Positions 37,351 through 50,899 are shown, numbered from the whole stretch's first letter. The stretch is DNA of 63,793 bases, filler included, from Octopus bimaculoides (GCF_001194135.2; 5 parts of 5 records of this genome joined end to end with filler, not necessarily neighbours in it); one strand, 5' to 3'. Numbers and translations: made by a program. The notes: a model not told the origin generated them from the sequence alone.

Positions 37351-38109
37351 TTGTTCAGTTTTGCACATTCACGTGCAATTTCATGATCGTTTTTCTTTTT
37401 CCGATGGAGACTATACATTTTGTCTAAAATGTCCTTCTTTTTGATATAGCAGGCTAGGAAGAAATAGCAAGATTACTACAGGTTATGATGAAGAAGATTT
37501 GGTCGAGCCACAGTATGGCAGCAACTCAACAAAGTTCATAGAAGTGGACTTTGTTCTAAATTACGATATAAATTTCCAATAGGAATGAGTTCAGTATGGA
37601 GAGGATTATCCCCATGTTGTTGTAGTTTAACGTTTTGCCTACAGACCCCATTTGGTATCATATTTTCTCTTGCTCCAAGCAGTTTCATTTTGTTATAAAC
37701 TTTGCTTCTCATTAACAATATTTTAACTAAATATATGCTCAAGCTCACTATATAAACTACCACATTGATTTATAGCTGGGTATCACTAGTAACTCCCGCC
37801 GTACAGAACGAATGTTATATCTATTCTGTAGTGCACTGGTCTACGATTAGGCACATGCTAAGAAGTTAAAATCTCCATAATGCTTTCATTTATGGCTTCT
37901 AAGAATTTATTTATGATTTTTTCATCAGATTATATTTCAGATTATATCACATATCACTTAATGTCTTCTTTTTCACAAAAGATATGTCATGGAGGGAAGC
38001 ACTCAAATAATGGAGGTGACAATGACTTGCACCCTTCTTACCAGTCCTATCTCCGTCTCTGTTGATTTAAATTAAAATCCATCCGAGAAATGCAAAGAAA
38101 CACATATTC

Positions 38110-38465
38110 TGTACATTTCCTAAGATTTCAATCTTACCAGGACAGAGTGAGAAGCGAAGCGGTGATGAGAAAAGCTGGCATGGGAAGTTTGCGGAGCGTA
38201 CTGATTAAGCAGCAGATACGGTTTACAGGCCAGGCTCTTCGATTACCACAAGATAGATATGCTACCATCGTGGTGGAGTGGACGCCGGAAGGAGGAAAAT
38301 GACCAAGCTGAAGACCAAGGAAGACGTGGTGAAGTACGTTCCGGGACGACATGCTAGCGATGGGAGTCGCCCGAATGGAGCTAAGAGTAAAACGAACAAT
38401 CTGGATGTTTGGAGAAAGCTCGTTGTCCGTTATGCTGAAAATATTGGAGGATTCAAGAGCTAAGA
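38110..38465 (+). pseudogene. RTE-like LINE C-terminal fragment
   Basis: YQDRVRSEAVMRKAG...IRFTGQALRLPQDR...WTPEGGK*...RPRKTW. Confidence 0.75.
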
Positions 38466-38834
38466 GAGTTTGAACCACATTAATGTGAGGCTTCGTAAGA
38501 TAACACAGCCACTGAGAGTCACCGTTGACTCCAATGACACTTTGAGAACATAGCGTGTCAATTCACCAATGAATATCATATTATATTAAGAATGTAGCAA
38601 GGAGAGTCATAGTACTTTTGATCAATCAAAGATAATACCAAAGACATTCTAGGTGGGATCATCCCATCAAATTCCAAACCATAATCTACCACAAACTACA
38701 TTGTTAAGTGTACTTTGATGGAGGATATTTAGAATATCTATTTGTTAGTTCTACCAGATTGAGATCCTACATAGAATCTTTTTCGTTGTCAGTAGTGGTG
38801 AAAGTGAACCAGAACTCTGCCCTGACTGAGACAG

Positions 38835-38874
<40 letters not shown>

Positions 38875-39317
38875 GTATATATACGTATATACACACACAT
38901 ATTTACGGATATATATGCACGTATATAAATATATAAGTACCTATATATACGCATATATATCTATATCCATTTATGTATGTATGTATGTATGTATGTATGT
39001 TTGTATGTATGCATGCTGCTGCTCTTTATATAGAAGTATTAATTGAGAATCTCAAGAAATCCCCCTGGACATCTACTCCTATTTATTTTCCTTGTTCAGC
39101 ATTATCATCTGACTTCCTATCAGGACTCCAACCTAGCCACCTAATGATTATGGTCCATTCTCAATAGTTGTTTAATGAATCTTCCAAACCATATTTCTAA
39201 TATGTGTGTGAAATATTCAGGAAGCCGCTTCGGTTATTTCCTATCTGTAGGACCGACATCAAATTAGATAAAAGTCGATAATTCTCACAGTCGTTAAACA
39301 GTAGACCATTGCTTTAC

Positions 39318-39481
39318 TTCTGCTCCATTACAGTAAACATAGAAAGCAGTGTTCAGTAATTTTTCGCTCTGTAACATCGCAGCTGTATATGGATTCAATT
39401 TCTCCAGTTTACTTGTCGTATTCGTGTATAATCTGCTTTCCGCATTGCCGTTTACATGATTAAAGAATAACCGTATTAAAT
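39318..39481 (-). CDS. Candidate internal exon, product unknown
   Basis: gtttctgtgtatcaacAG|...GAA|GTAAAG. Open as LIRLFFNHVNGNAESRLYTNTTSKLEKLNPYTAAMLQSEKLLNTAFYVYCNGAE. A competing acceptor and open frame exist on plus. Confidence 0.22.
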
Positions 39482-39594
39482 CTGTTGATACACAGAAACA
39501 CACACAGGGGGGGGGGTGGAGAAAATTGAACGGAATGTGGTGAATGAAAGAGACAGGGAAGCGAAAGAGAAGAGAAAAAGAAGAGAGAGAAGTG

Positions 39595-39690
39595 GAAGAA
39601 GAAGAAGAAGAAGAAGAAGAAGAAGAAGAAGAAGAAGAAGAAGAAGAAGAAGAAGAAGAAGAAGAAGAAGAAGAAGAAGAAGAAGAAGAA
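39595..39690. repeat. (GAA)n microsatellite
   Basis: Direct reading of the sequence. Confidence 0.95.
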
Positions 39691-40119
39691 GAGAAGAAAA
39701 TGAGCATGAAGCGGAAAAAGGAGGAGTAGAATTCGTGGAGAAGGCGGAAGAGAAATAAGAAAAAGAACAGGAACAGAATGAACAAGAATAGGATAAAAAG
39801 TAAAGGAGTAGCAAAGAAAGAAATAGGTACAGTAAAATATAGAAATTATAATTAAAAATGATAATGAAAAGTACAAAAAAACAAACAAAAATCAACAGAA
39901 CAACATGCTCAAGAAACCGATTGACAAAAATGGAGACGACATAAATTGTGTTGTAAAGTTCTTTCTTCGAATGAAGCTGGAGATAAAATATATGTTAGAG
40001 GAAATATTTGTTTTATTTTAAACAACATTGAATATGTTTAAACAATATGTGTGCAATCAAGATTTTCTTTTTATTAAAGACTAGATGGTTTATTACAGAA
40101 TTGATTATATATATATATA

Positions 40120-40186
<67 letters not shown>

Positions 40187-41374
40187 ATATATATATATAT
40201 AATGTATGTATGTATGTATGTATGTATGTATGTATGTATGTATGTATGTATGCATGCATGTGTGTATGTATGTATATATGTATGTATGCATGTATGTATG
40301 TGTGTGTGCGAGTGTGGACGCATGTGTGTGAATGTGTGTGTGTCTGTGTGCATACAAAGTGAGTATTTTATTTCTTTGTCAATATTATTTATGGCCGCCA
40401 TATTTTCTTTTGTTTTAATCTCGCTTTGTTAGTTTCGTATTTGTTTCCAGAAAGATTTGCTGCAATCAAAAGTAATATTCCTAAAAAAATTTCCAATTCT
40501 TCAAGCTATCGGTGGTAACGGATTTTTTGTTTGTACATGTATGTATGTATATGCATGTATGTAAGTTTGTATGTGTGTGTGTATATATACATTTGTTTGT
40601 ATGTGGGTGTTTTTATTTATTTATTCGTTTATTTATTCAGATATGTGTTATATTCGTTCTATATAGAAATGCTTCTAAGCCCATTGGAGTGAAATGAAAT
40701 CATGGATAAATATTTTCACCTCACTAAACAGCCTTCAAATGGCTACAGATAGAAAAATGTTATTTATATAACAAACTGACTCAGATTAGCTGATACTTTA
40801 AAAGAATAGTTTACTAAATTGCCTAATGTCTATAACTGATACAATTTTCATATTCTAACAGAATCGATACTATTCTTGTCCTATTTCTTTATTTAAATAT
40901 CTCCTGTTTATTCCTCCTGCTCATTGTTGATATTTCTGCCGATAACTTCTCTCAAACAATATGCAATAAAAACAGTTACTTTGTAGTTGGTTAGTTCTAA
41001 AGCAACTCAGATAATATAGAGATTGTGCTACGTGTGAATCTCTCTAAGCATTTTCTCATGACGTTCATCTTTTAAGATACTTAACGAGCCTAGTTTAGTA
41101 GAATGTTACAATTGGGTTAACTCCAATAACGTATCATTATTATACACACCAAATAGATCTTTATCTTTTACTTGTTTCAGTTATTAGACTGCGGTTATGC
41201 TGTGCATCGCATTGAAGAGTCTAATTGAACAGATCATCTCCCACCCACCAGTACTTATATTTTCACTCTGGTCTCTTTCTACCGGTCTCTTTCGCGGACC
41301 ATCTAAATTATGGAGACGTAAACAAAACAACACCAGAAGTCAAGTGGTGGTGGAGACAAACACACACACACAAC

Positions 41375-41424
<50 letters not shown>

Positions 41425-42280
41425 GACACACACACACACACACACACATTTTGAAACATTAACCTCGTCTTTAAAATATTAAATATTTCACCATATTTAA
41501 ACAACACTGGGATTCAATCTGGCACTTTATTTCGAAATGAATACATAAAATCGGGTTGGTACGAATTTGGAATTTCTAATTTCAAAGTAAGGACAATAGC
41601 TTTCTTATCTTCTATATCGCTTATATACCGATTGTGTATTATTAAAATTGAACAGATTCAGGCCATAGACGTGGATTGGAAATATACAGCTTGATAAATA
41701 TAAAATGTCGATGTAGAAAAGATAGATATAATCAATACAAATTGATGAAACAGATAATGTTGATAGATATCGATTGAAATATAAATGTTACAGAGAGGAA
41801 TAAACTCTGTAGATTTTGATTCAGGAAATATATTTTGGCGGTAAATTGTATACAAAATAAAACATTCTTATATGTATTAGGACACACAACCAGTCATACC
41901 TATAGAGATATGTCTGATTTTATTCTAACTTTACAGGCGCAGGTGTGGTTGTGTGCTTAAAATGCTTGGTTTCAGAGTTCGTTCTCATTGTTATACAGTT
42001 CGTTTTTGCAAATGCTTTCAATCACACTCTCTAGTTGATCAAAACATTGTTCATGAAATTTGTTAGAAGAACGCTGTTCTCCGATATATACAGCTGCATA
42101 CATACATATGATATAGGTATGTATATATGTAATATATATATATATATATATATATANNNNNNNNNNNNNNNNNNNNNNNNNNNNNNNNNNNNNNNNNNNN
42201 TTAATTAATTAANNNNNNNNNNNNNNNNNNNNNNNNNNNNNNNNNNNNNNNNNNNNGTCAAATAATTGAAACAAGAAAAA

Positions 42281-42327
<47 letters not shown>

Positions 42328-42338
42328 CATACATGCAA

Positions 42339-42510
42339 CAGGCTTCCTTCGGTTACCGTCTACCAAATCCATCCACTCACAAGGTTTTGGTCAGCCCTGA
42401 GACTAATAGTAAAAGAAGACACTTGCCCAAGGTCCAAGGTGTCGCACAGTAGTACTGAACCCACGACCACGTGGTTGCGGAAACAAGCTTGTTACCACAC
42501 AGCCACGCCT
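42339..42510 (-). mobile_element. OK-like SINE 5' half
   Basis: Matches other copies, with small internal duplications (atccatcc, ccaaggtccaagg). Confidence 0.85.
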
Positions 42511-42960
42511 GCAGCATTCAATAAACCGCCCTCAAACAATGCTCAATCAACAGCCAATCAGAACTCAGAGCCCGGCATATCAACGCATCATAAACGAAGT
42601 CTTGAAACAAGAATCACTTCATTCATAACTGCATACTCCTCTATATACACTATTGATACCTGAGGCCACACATATATATACATATATATATATATAGTGA
42701 ATAGGAGCATTCAACACTGCAATTATTATAATATGGAAGAAACTTCCCAGTGTTATTGTCAGAATCAGCTAAGTGGACAAAATACCGGTTGTTTTGTTTC
42801 TTAAACGTTGAGTGTATTAACACCTTTTGTCAGGTGTGTTTCTAACAAAGGTGGGAAGCATTGATTGGTGACTCGAGTCTCCTTGTCTGGCTTGAAATGT
42901 TTTATGTGAGGCTATTGTATGGCAATGAATGGGATTAAAGACAGAAGTATAGGTGTGTGT

Positions 42961-42995
<35 letters not shown>

Positions 42996-43046
42996 GGAAA
43001 ATGAAAAAAAGCCAGAATGCTGAACTGGAAGCATAATTTAATAAAG

Positions 43047-43085
<39 letters not shown>

Positions 43086-43265
43086 TTTATATAGAATTAA
43101 GGATAAAATCACTAATGATTTTGTCAAGTGGTTAGCGTGAAATAAAAACCTTGTAGGTAATATTTTATGCTAAATTTATAATTATATGGATAATTATATC
43201 AAAAGGTGTCGATTAGCCACCAGGGGTTGTGAAAAATTAATTGATGAAAAATTGATTGCAATATA

Positions 43266-43666
43266 CTCTTTACTCTTTTACTTGTTTCAGTTATTTGACT
43301 TCAACCATGCTGGAGCACCGCCTTTAGTCAAGCAAATCGACCCCAGGACTTATTCTTTGTAAGCCTAGTACTTATTCTATCAGTCTCTTTTGCCGAACCG
43401 CTAGTTGACGGGGACATAAACACACCAGCATCGGTTGTCAAGCGATGTTGGGGGGACAAACACAGACACACAAACACACACACACACATATATATATATA
43501 CATATATACGACGGGCTTCATTCAGTTTTCCATCTACCAAATCCACTCACAAGACTTTGGTCGGCCCGAGACTATAGTAGAAGACACTTGCCCAAGGTGC
43601 CACGCAGTGGGAATGAACCCAGAACCATGTGGCTGGTAAGCAAGCTACTTACCACACTCCTGTGCC
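43266..43666 (-). mobile_element. Full-length OK-like SINE
   Basis: Reverse complement of 14576-15118 with a short central microsatellite. Confidence 0.92.
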
Positions 43667-43860
43667 TATATATTGATCTGATTAATTGATTGGAATCGTA
43701 CTGTCAATTAAATAATTGATTGCTTTCATATCAATTAATTGCAGTTGATTGCATCATTGTCAATGGAAGTTTTTTCAAATGGCTCACTACTTCATTCGAC
43801 ATTTTTTGGCAAATCCAGTGTTCTATTATTGTCTGAAGAATTGTGTCGATGCTTTGTTCT

Positions 43861-44160
43861 GACTGCTGAGAATGATTCACACATTCTGTCATGCTTAGGA
43901 ATTGACTATTGTGTATGTTGTCGTGTGTTGATGATTGATTTGGACTGCTGAGAATGATACGCATTCTATCATGCTTTGGAATTGTCTATTGTGTATGTTG
44001 TCAAATAACCACTGTTAAGTGTTGATACTTGGTTAGGACGGCTGAGAAAGATTCATACTTTCTGTTGTGTTTGAAAATTGTCTATTGTGTATGTTGTCAA
44101 ATAATCGCTGTCAAGTGATTATTGGTTTTGACTGCCGAGAATGATTCACACATTCTGTCT
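43861..44160. repeat. Degenerate minisatellite, about 3.3 units of 82-94 bp
   Basis: gactgctgagaatgat...attgtgtatgttgtc units start at 43861, 43943, 44037 and 44130. Confidence 0.85.
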
Positions 44161-44501
44161 TCAAATCATTAAATCGTAACTTCACCTGCTACATGGTTGT
44201 ATCTTGAATTCTGTTCCAACATATTAACTGAATCAAACTTTCATCAGTGGAGTGTCGAAATATCTTCTATTTTAAACTAACCCATGCCATGTGAAAATGA
44301 GCAAAGTGTCAGAAAATATTTTAACCAAACAGACAGTAGACATCTATGGAAATGCAAGTGTGGAAAAAAGTAGATGCAGAAAAAAGCAACTGGATGGAAA
44401 AATCTTATGAATCCTATAAAAACCAGCATCCAGAGTATTCTACTACAAAAGCAACTGGACAACCATCTTTATCGAGTTTTCTTTCACTAAGACGTAGTTT
44501 G

Positions 44502-44681
44502 GCTTGACAACCGATGCTGGTGTGTTTACGTCCCTGTAACGTAGCGGTTCGGCAAAAAGTGACCGATAGAATAAGTACTAGGCTTACAAAGAATAAACCC
44601 TGGGGTCAATTTTCTCGATTAAAGGCGGTGCTCCAGCATGGCCACAGTCAAATGACTGAAACAAGTAAAAGAGTAAAATAG
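44502..44681 (+). mobile_element. OK-like SINE 3' half (5'-truncated)
   Basis: gcttgacaaccgatgctgg...gaaacaagtaaaagagtaaaa. Confidence 0.9.
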
Positions 44682-44682
44682 T

Positions 44683-44743
<61 letters not shown>

Positions 44744-44929
44744 TGTATGTATATATATATATAAGCAATGTTAATTCTCTAAATGAAGTATTAACAGTAA
44801 CTGCACGATAAAGTGTAGTATATTGCCACTTAAGTGTGGCTGAACCCTAGGGGTGGATGTTACTGTTGCTTTTAGCCCCAGGAGGACATCTCCTCCAGCT
44901 GGCTTATCGACACACGACTGTGTCCTAAA

Positions 44930-45120
44930 CATGAACAGGCAAGAAAAAACATGAAAAAACAACACGAGGACATGGAATAAGTACAGTGTTATTGGACGCT
45001 CAGGAAAGGAAAGAAAAGGAGGAGGATTTAACGTTTCGAGCGGAGATCTTCGTCAGAAATATAGGAAAAGTCCAAAGAAGGGAAGACAGAGAAAGAAAAT
45101 CGCCAACGATGCACACGTGG
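44930..45120 (-). mobile_element. Hammerhead-family short element; motif at 45026-45060
   Basis: AUUU-CUGACGA-A-GAUC(UCC)GCUC-GAAA-C-GUU-AAAU: core intact, one helix II mismatch. Confidence 0.72.
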
Positions 45121-45125
45121 TCACA

Positions 45126-45477
45126 CGACGGGCTTCTATCAGTTTCCATCTACCAAATCCACTCACACGGCTTTGGTCAGCCTGAGGCTATGGTAGAAGA
45201 CACTTGCTCAAGGTGCCATGCAGTGGGACTGAACCTAGAACTATGTGGTTGGCAAGCAAGCTTCTTTCCACACAGCCACTCCTACACACACACACACACA
45301 CACACATACACACACACACAACAGACTTCTTCCAGTTTCCATCTACCAAATCCACTCACAAAGCTTTGGTCATCCCAGAGCTGTAATAGAAGACACTTGC
45401 CCAAGGTGCCTCACAGAGCGATTGAACTCATGAACACATGGTTGGGAAGCAAGCTTCTCAACCACACAACCCCGCCC
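45126..45477 (-). mobile_element. Two tandem OK-like 5' halves (45126-45283, 45322-45477) separated by (CA)n
   Basis: Each matches 8658-8820. Confidence 0.88.
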
Positions 45478-45723
45478 CTTGACTATGTAAAGTCATTCAA
45501 TGGCTAAAAAAGAATGCACTTATTGTTTTTATTGCATTAACCACTTAACCCTTCCCCGCCCGGCATCACTTGACAGGATCTGTCATCGTCTGGCCTTGAA
45601 ATAATATTAATGATAATTGGTAATTATTAATTAAATCCACAATCACCACCCAGAAACATAATACATCAATTACTAATGTGTAGTTGTTAAGTGACACTAG
45701 AGAACATCTTGCATAACGGTCAC

Positions 45724-45760
45724 TGCCACCTCCATCACCACCATCACCATCAGCACCAGC

Positions 45761-45791
<31 letters not shown>

Positions 45792-45850
45792 CCATCACAA
45801 ACATCACCACGATCATCACCACGATCATCACCACCACCACCACATCACCA
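45724..45850. repeat. (CAC/CAT)n microsatellite
   Basis: Direct reading of the sequence. Confidence 0.95.
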
Positions 45851-46221
45851 GGGCCCGACCAAACCTTGTGAGTGAATTTGGTAGATGGAAACTGAAAGAA
45901 GCCGTTGTANNNNNNNNNNNNNNNNNNNNNNNNNNNNNNNNNNNNNNNNNNNNNNNNNNNNNNNNNNNNNNNNNNNNNNNNNNNNNNNNNNNNNNNNNNN
46001 NNNNNNNNNNNNNNNNNNNNNNNNNNNNNNNNNNNNNNNNNNNNNNNNNNNNNNNNNNNNNNNNNNNNNNNNNNNNNNNNNNNNNNNNNNNNNNNNNNNN
46101 NNNNNNNNNNNNNNNNNNNNNNNNNNNNNNNNNNNNNNNNNNNNNNNNNNNNNNNNNNNNNNNNNNNNNNNNNNNNNNNNNNNNNNNNNNNNNNNNNNNN
46201 NNNNNNNNNNNNNNNNNNNNN

Positions 46222-46266
<45 letters not shown>

Positions 46267-46485
46267 GTGTATGTATATGTTTGTCTGTCTGTGTTTGTCC
46301 CCCCAACATCGCTTGACAACCGATGCTGGTGTGTTTACGTCCCCGTGACTTAGCGGATGGACAAAAAGAGACTGATAGAATAAGTACTAGGCTTACAAAA
46401 GAATAAGTCCTGGGGGCAATTTGCTCGACTAAAAGTGGTGCTCCAGCATGGCCGCAGTCAAATGAGTGAAACAAGTAAAAGAGTA
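45851..46485 (+). mobile_element. OK-like SINE lacking its tRNA head, spanning a gap
   Basis: gggcccgaccaaaccttgtgag...[gap]...tgtttgtcccccaacatcgc...aagtaaaagagta. Confidence 0.85.
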
Positions 46486-46875
46486 CAGTTCAATAAAAGA
46501 TGGGACAGTTAAAGATGGAAGACCTCTGTTTATAGATCTGCTGGATAAGGTCTGAAGGACACTTTAGTTAATGTAGTCCGAGATATACTTACATTGAAAG
46601 AGATAAGAGTCTTGTACTTCCTTGAAATTAATAAATGTCTCCTGAAAAAGTCTCAAAGCTTCTGGAATGCACTTAGTAGGGAACAGAAAGGGAACAGAAT
46701 GTGGTTTAGGATGGCTATGTGTGCAGTTGCAGTAATGTCACAGGCATGAGAACCATACTGCATCATGTGCCGCATTGGATGGCACAGTCTATAAAAGATG
46801 CCGTGTTTTCAGTGTGTCTATTTCAGCATTGTCAGACCAGTATCTTCCTCCAAGAATTATACACACTTCTGGGAT

Positions 46876-46912
<37 letters not shown>

Positions 46913-46924
46913 ATATACATAAGT

Positions 46925-47029
46925 GTAGGAGTGACTGTGTGGTGAGTACCTTGCTTATGAACTGCATGGTTCCGGGTTCAATCACACTGCTTAGCACCTT
47001 AGGCATGTGTCTTCTACTATAGCCTCTTC

Positions 47030-47069
<40 letters not shown>

Positions 47070-47235
47070 GCATATACATACATATAAATATAAATATATG
47101 TACGTAGGCGTAAGAGTGGCTGTGTGGTAAGTACCTTGCTTACCAAACACATGGTTCCGGGTTCAGTCCCACTGAGTGGCACCTTGGGCAAATGTCTTCT
47201 ACTATAGCCTCAGGCTGACTAAAACCCTGTGAGTG
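46925..47235 (+). mobile_element. Two tandem OK-like heads (46925-47025, and 47107-47235 running into a gap)
   Basis: ggagtgactgtgtgg... and ggcgtaagagtggctgtgtgg... Confidence 0.85.
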
Positions 47236-48154
47236 NNNNNNNNNNNNNNNNNNNNNNNNNNNNNNNNNNNNNNNNNNNNNNNNNNNNNNNNNNNNNNNNN
47301 NNNNNNNNNNNNNNNNNNNNNNNNNNNNNNNNNNNNNNNNNNNNNNNNNNNNNNNNNNNNNNNNNNNNNNNNNNNNNNNNNNNNNNNNNNNNNNNNNNNN
47401 NNNNNNNNNNNNNNNNNNNNNNNNNNNNNNNNNNNNNNNNNNNNNNNNNNNNNNNNNNNNNNNNNNNNNNNNNNNNNNNNNNNNNNNNNNNNNNNNNNNN
47501 NNNNNNNNNNNNNNNNNNNNNNNNNNNNNNNNNNNNNNNNNNNNNNNNNNNNNNNNNNNNNNNNNNNNNNNNNNNNNNNNNNNNNNNNNNNNNNNNNNNN
47601 NNNNNNNNNNNNNNNNNNNNNNNNNNNNNNNNNNNNNNNNNNNNNNNNNNNNNNNNNNNNNNNNNNNNNNNNNNNNNNNNNNNNNNNNNNNNNNNNNNNN
47701 NNNNNNNNNNNNNNNNNNNNNNNNNNNNNNNNNNNNNNNNNNNNNNNNNNNNNNNNNNNNNNNNNNNNNNNNNNNNNNNNNNNNNNNNNNNNNNNNNNNN
47801 NNNNNNNNNNNNNNNNNNNNNNNNNNNNNNNNNNNNNNNNNNNNNNNNNNNNNNNNNNNNNNNNNNNNNNNNNNNNNNNNNNNNNNNNNNNNNNNNNNNN
47901 NNNNNNNNNNNNNNNNNNNNNNNNNNNNNNNNNNNNNNNNNNNNNNNNNNNNNNNNNNNNNNNNNNNNNNNNNNNNNNNNNNNNNNNNNNNNNNNNNNNN
48001 NNNNNNNNNNNNNNNNNNNNNNNNNNNNNNNNNNNNNNNNNNNNNNNNNNNNNNNNNNNNNNNNNNNNNNNNNNNNNNNNNNNNNNNNNNNNNNNNNNNN
48101 NNNNNNNNNNNNNNNNNNNNNNNNNNNNNNNNNNNNNNNNNNNNNNNNNNNNNN

Positions 48155-48213
<59 letters not shown>

Positions 48214-48798
48214 TTTTTACACATACACACATAAGTACATGCACTCATACTTAGATACATGTTAAGGTCCCATATGTATATACACTCATACATACATGCA
48301 TACATACACATATACACACAATTTATTATTAATGATTTGTTGATACTAAACGTGGAAATAGCGAGGGAGTGAGAGTCCGGTTCTGTTGGTAACTGAAAGC
48401 ACCTTTCGTTGCTAAGGAGGTAAACTTGATTGACAGTGGGGTGGGGCGTTGTTGTCATAGCAACCTTGTAGCTAAGGAATTGCTAATCTACGTTTAAGTG
48501 TTAAATAAAAACAATTAGATTGTAACGCAAATTGTGCACACGCGCGTACGTGAACAGTATGTATGCACCCATTCACACACACACATATACATATAAACAT
48601 TTTCTCAAAGAGTCACACATACATACGCATACACATACACACACACATTACATTTGCGTGTGTGTGTGTATGTGCGTGTGTATCTAAGTTAAACTTTTAT
48701 TCCTGTAAATTAAATGCGCGTGCATGTATGTGTGCATGTGTGTATAATGTATACACACACATATATGTATATGTATGTATATAATTTTATTGACATAC

Positions 48799-48844
<46 letters not shown>

Positions 48845-48889
48845 TGTGTGTGTCTGTGTGTGTGTGCATACATACATGGATACATATAC

Positions 48890-48926
<37 letters not shown>

Positions 48927-48967
48927 CATACGTACATGGATACATATATATATATATNNNNNNNNNN

Positions 48968-49856
48968 AGCATGACCCCCTTCTGCTGACCAGTCTGGGAC
49001 GGAGGAGTAGCAGTTTTTCTTTCATTTTGGCAATTTCATGTCAATATGTTACTGCAGTAATGGTTCTTCTGGGTTTTAAGCAGTTATAGTCGATGAGTCC
49101 AGCCGTACACCACCAAACAGTCACCATAACCTTCCTTTTGAAGAGCTCGGGTTTAGGCAAAGTTTATGGTTCTTCATTTTGGTCCAACAACAGTGAAGAA
49201 CATTTATTTACTATTGTACAGAATCTCTTTTCATTGTAAGTTACAATACGGTAAAAAAATGGATCGGTCTGGTTATGAAGAAGAAGCAACGAGCAAATTT
49301 CATATCTGCACATTTTCTGATTTTCATTTAAATCGTATGGTATCCATTTGTAGAGCTTTTTTAATGTTCCAGTCGTTTGCAAATGGTTGCAGGCAGTTTT
49401 CTGGCTAACTTGACATTCTTTCGCCAGTTCTTGACTAGTTTTACGTGGGTCTTTAATTGACCGTCATCGATGAAAGATGGACGTCCACTATGCTCACAAT
49501 CTTCAAGGCTCAAGTCACCACTGCAAAGTCATTTAAACCATTTTTGAGCTGAGCACACACTGGTCATTTCCTCACCAAATGTTTCATTGATAACATGAGC
49601 AGTTTCATCTGCTTTATATCTTGTTTTGTAGTTGAATAGCAAAATCGCTCGAATATCGCGCTTTGACAGTTCCATTTCAGATGATTGTGACACCGGTGAA
49701 AAAAATAACAATGTTAATGGATTGATGCATTTGGACAAGTCTATGTCTGTATTATCACAGAATTAAAAAAAAAAAATGTTTAATAAAAATTCAAAACTCT
49801 GCAAAAATCCGGTACAAATTCTTCATGGTTCAAAATGTTGCTTACTTTTTACCTAA

Positions 49857-49858
<2 letters not shown>
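48968..49858 (-). mobile_element. Mariner transposon, 5' part, decayed
   Basis: MELSKRDIRAILLFNY...HSGRPS...KWIPYDL...RIVTYNEK...KVMVTVWW...TITAVTY (start at 49675); TA-TTAGGT...AAAAGTAA TIR-like end near 49858. Confidence 0.88.
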
Positions 49859-49935
<77 letters not shown>

Positions 49936-50235
49936 GCCTATCTANNNNNNNNNNNNNNNNNNNNNNNNNNNNNNNNNNNNNNNNNNNNNNNNNNNNNNNN
50001 NNNNNNNNNNNNNNNNNNNNNNNNNNNNNNNNNNNNNNNNNNNNNNNNNNNNNNNNNNNNNNNNNNNNNNNNNNNNNNNNNNNNNNNNNNNNNNNNNNNN
50101 NNNNNNNNNNNNNNNNNNNNNNNNNNNNNNNNNNNNNNNNNNNNNNNNNNNNNNNNNNNNNNTAAAAATTCAAAACTCTGCAAAAATCCGGTACAAATTC
50201 TTCATGGTTCAAAATGTTGCTTACTTTTTACCTAA

Positions 50236-50310
<75 letters not shown>

Positions 50311-50899
50311 GCCTATCTATCTATCTCAATATATCTATCTATCTCAGTATATCTATCTATCTATCTATCTATCTGTCTTCCCGTCTGTCTTTCTATCTAT
50401 CTTTTCTTCACTTCATTTATCTATCTATCTATCTATTTCCCTATCTATCTATCTATCTATATATATATATATATATATATATTTTATTTATTTATTTTTA
50501 TTTATGGGTTTCAGCCATATGTGTGTGTATATAATATATATATGTATATGTGTGTGTGTTTGTATAAATGCTATATAAATATAAACACAGACACACCTTG
50601 TTACCCACGTATATATATTTGATTATATATATATTATTTACAATAGCTTTGTGCATTGAGTATTATTGAGTTTATCTTAATCTCTGCACTGAATACGCAC
50701 ACACAGACACGCACACACAGACATGCACACACGCACACACAGACACGCACAAACACGCACACACACATTCACATATACATTATATATGTGTGTGTGTGTG
50801 TGTGTGTGTATTTAACTTTATTGACAGACAATGATCTCAAAGAATCACCTGGTGTTGTCTGGTGGTTATTCAAGATATATATATGTATATATATGTATC

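Noticed and set aside
37055-37418. Protein-like minus ORFs (GPIITGIIVGTGVAV...)
   Set aside because: The sequence aligns with the SINE at 51390-51716, so the open frames are incidental.
43861-44160. Repeat-spacer-like periodicity, also at 57941 and 52794
   Set aside because: The units are contiguous or degenerate tandem repeats with no unique spacers and no cas genes in a eukaryotic context, so this is not CRISPR.
45548-45560. TTAA-CCCTT piggyBac-like end
   Set aside because: No matching opposite terminus was found.
45691-45850. His-rich ORF, and other poly-amino-acid ORFs (poly-E/R/K, M/D, HT, YI, CV)
   Set aside because: These are translations of microsatellites, often extended through N gaps.
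49784-50317. Identical ~160-bp segment on both sides of a gap (49784-49944 and 50163-~50317)
   Set aside because: An exact repeat of contig ends around (TATC)n is most simply an unmerged assembly overlap.
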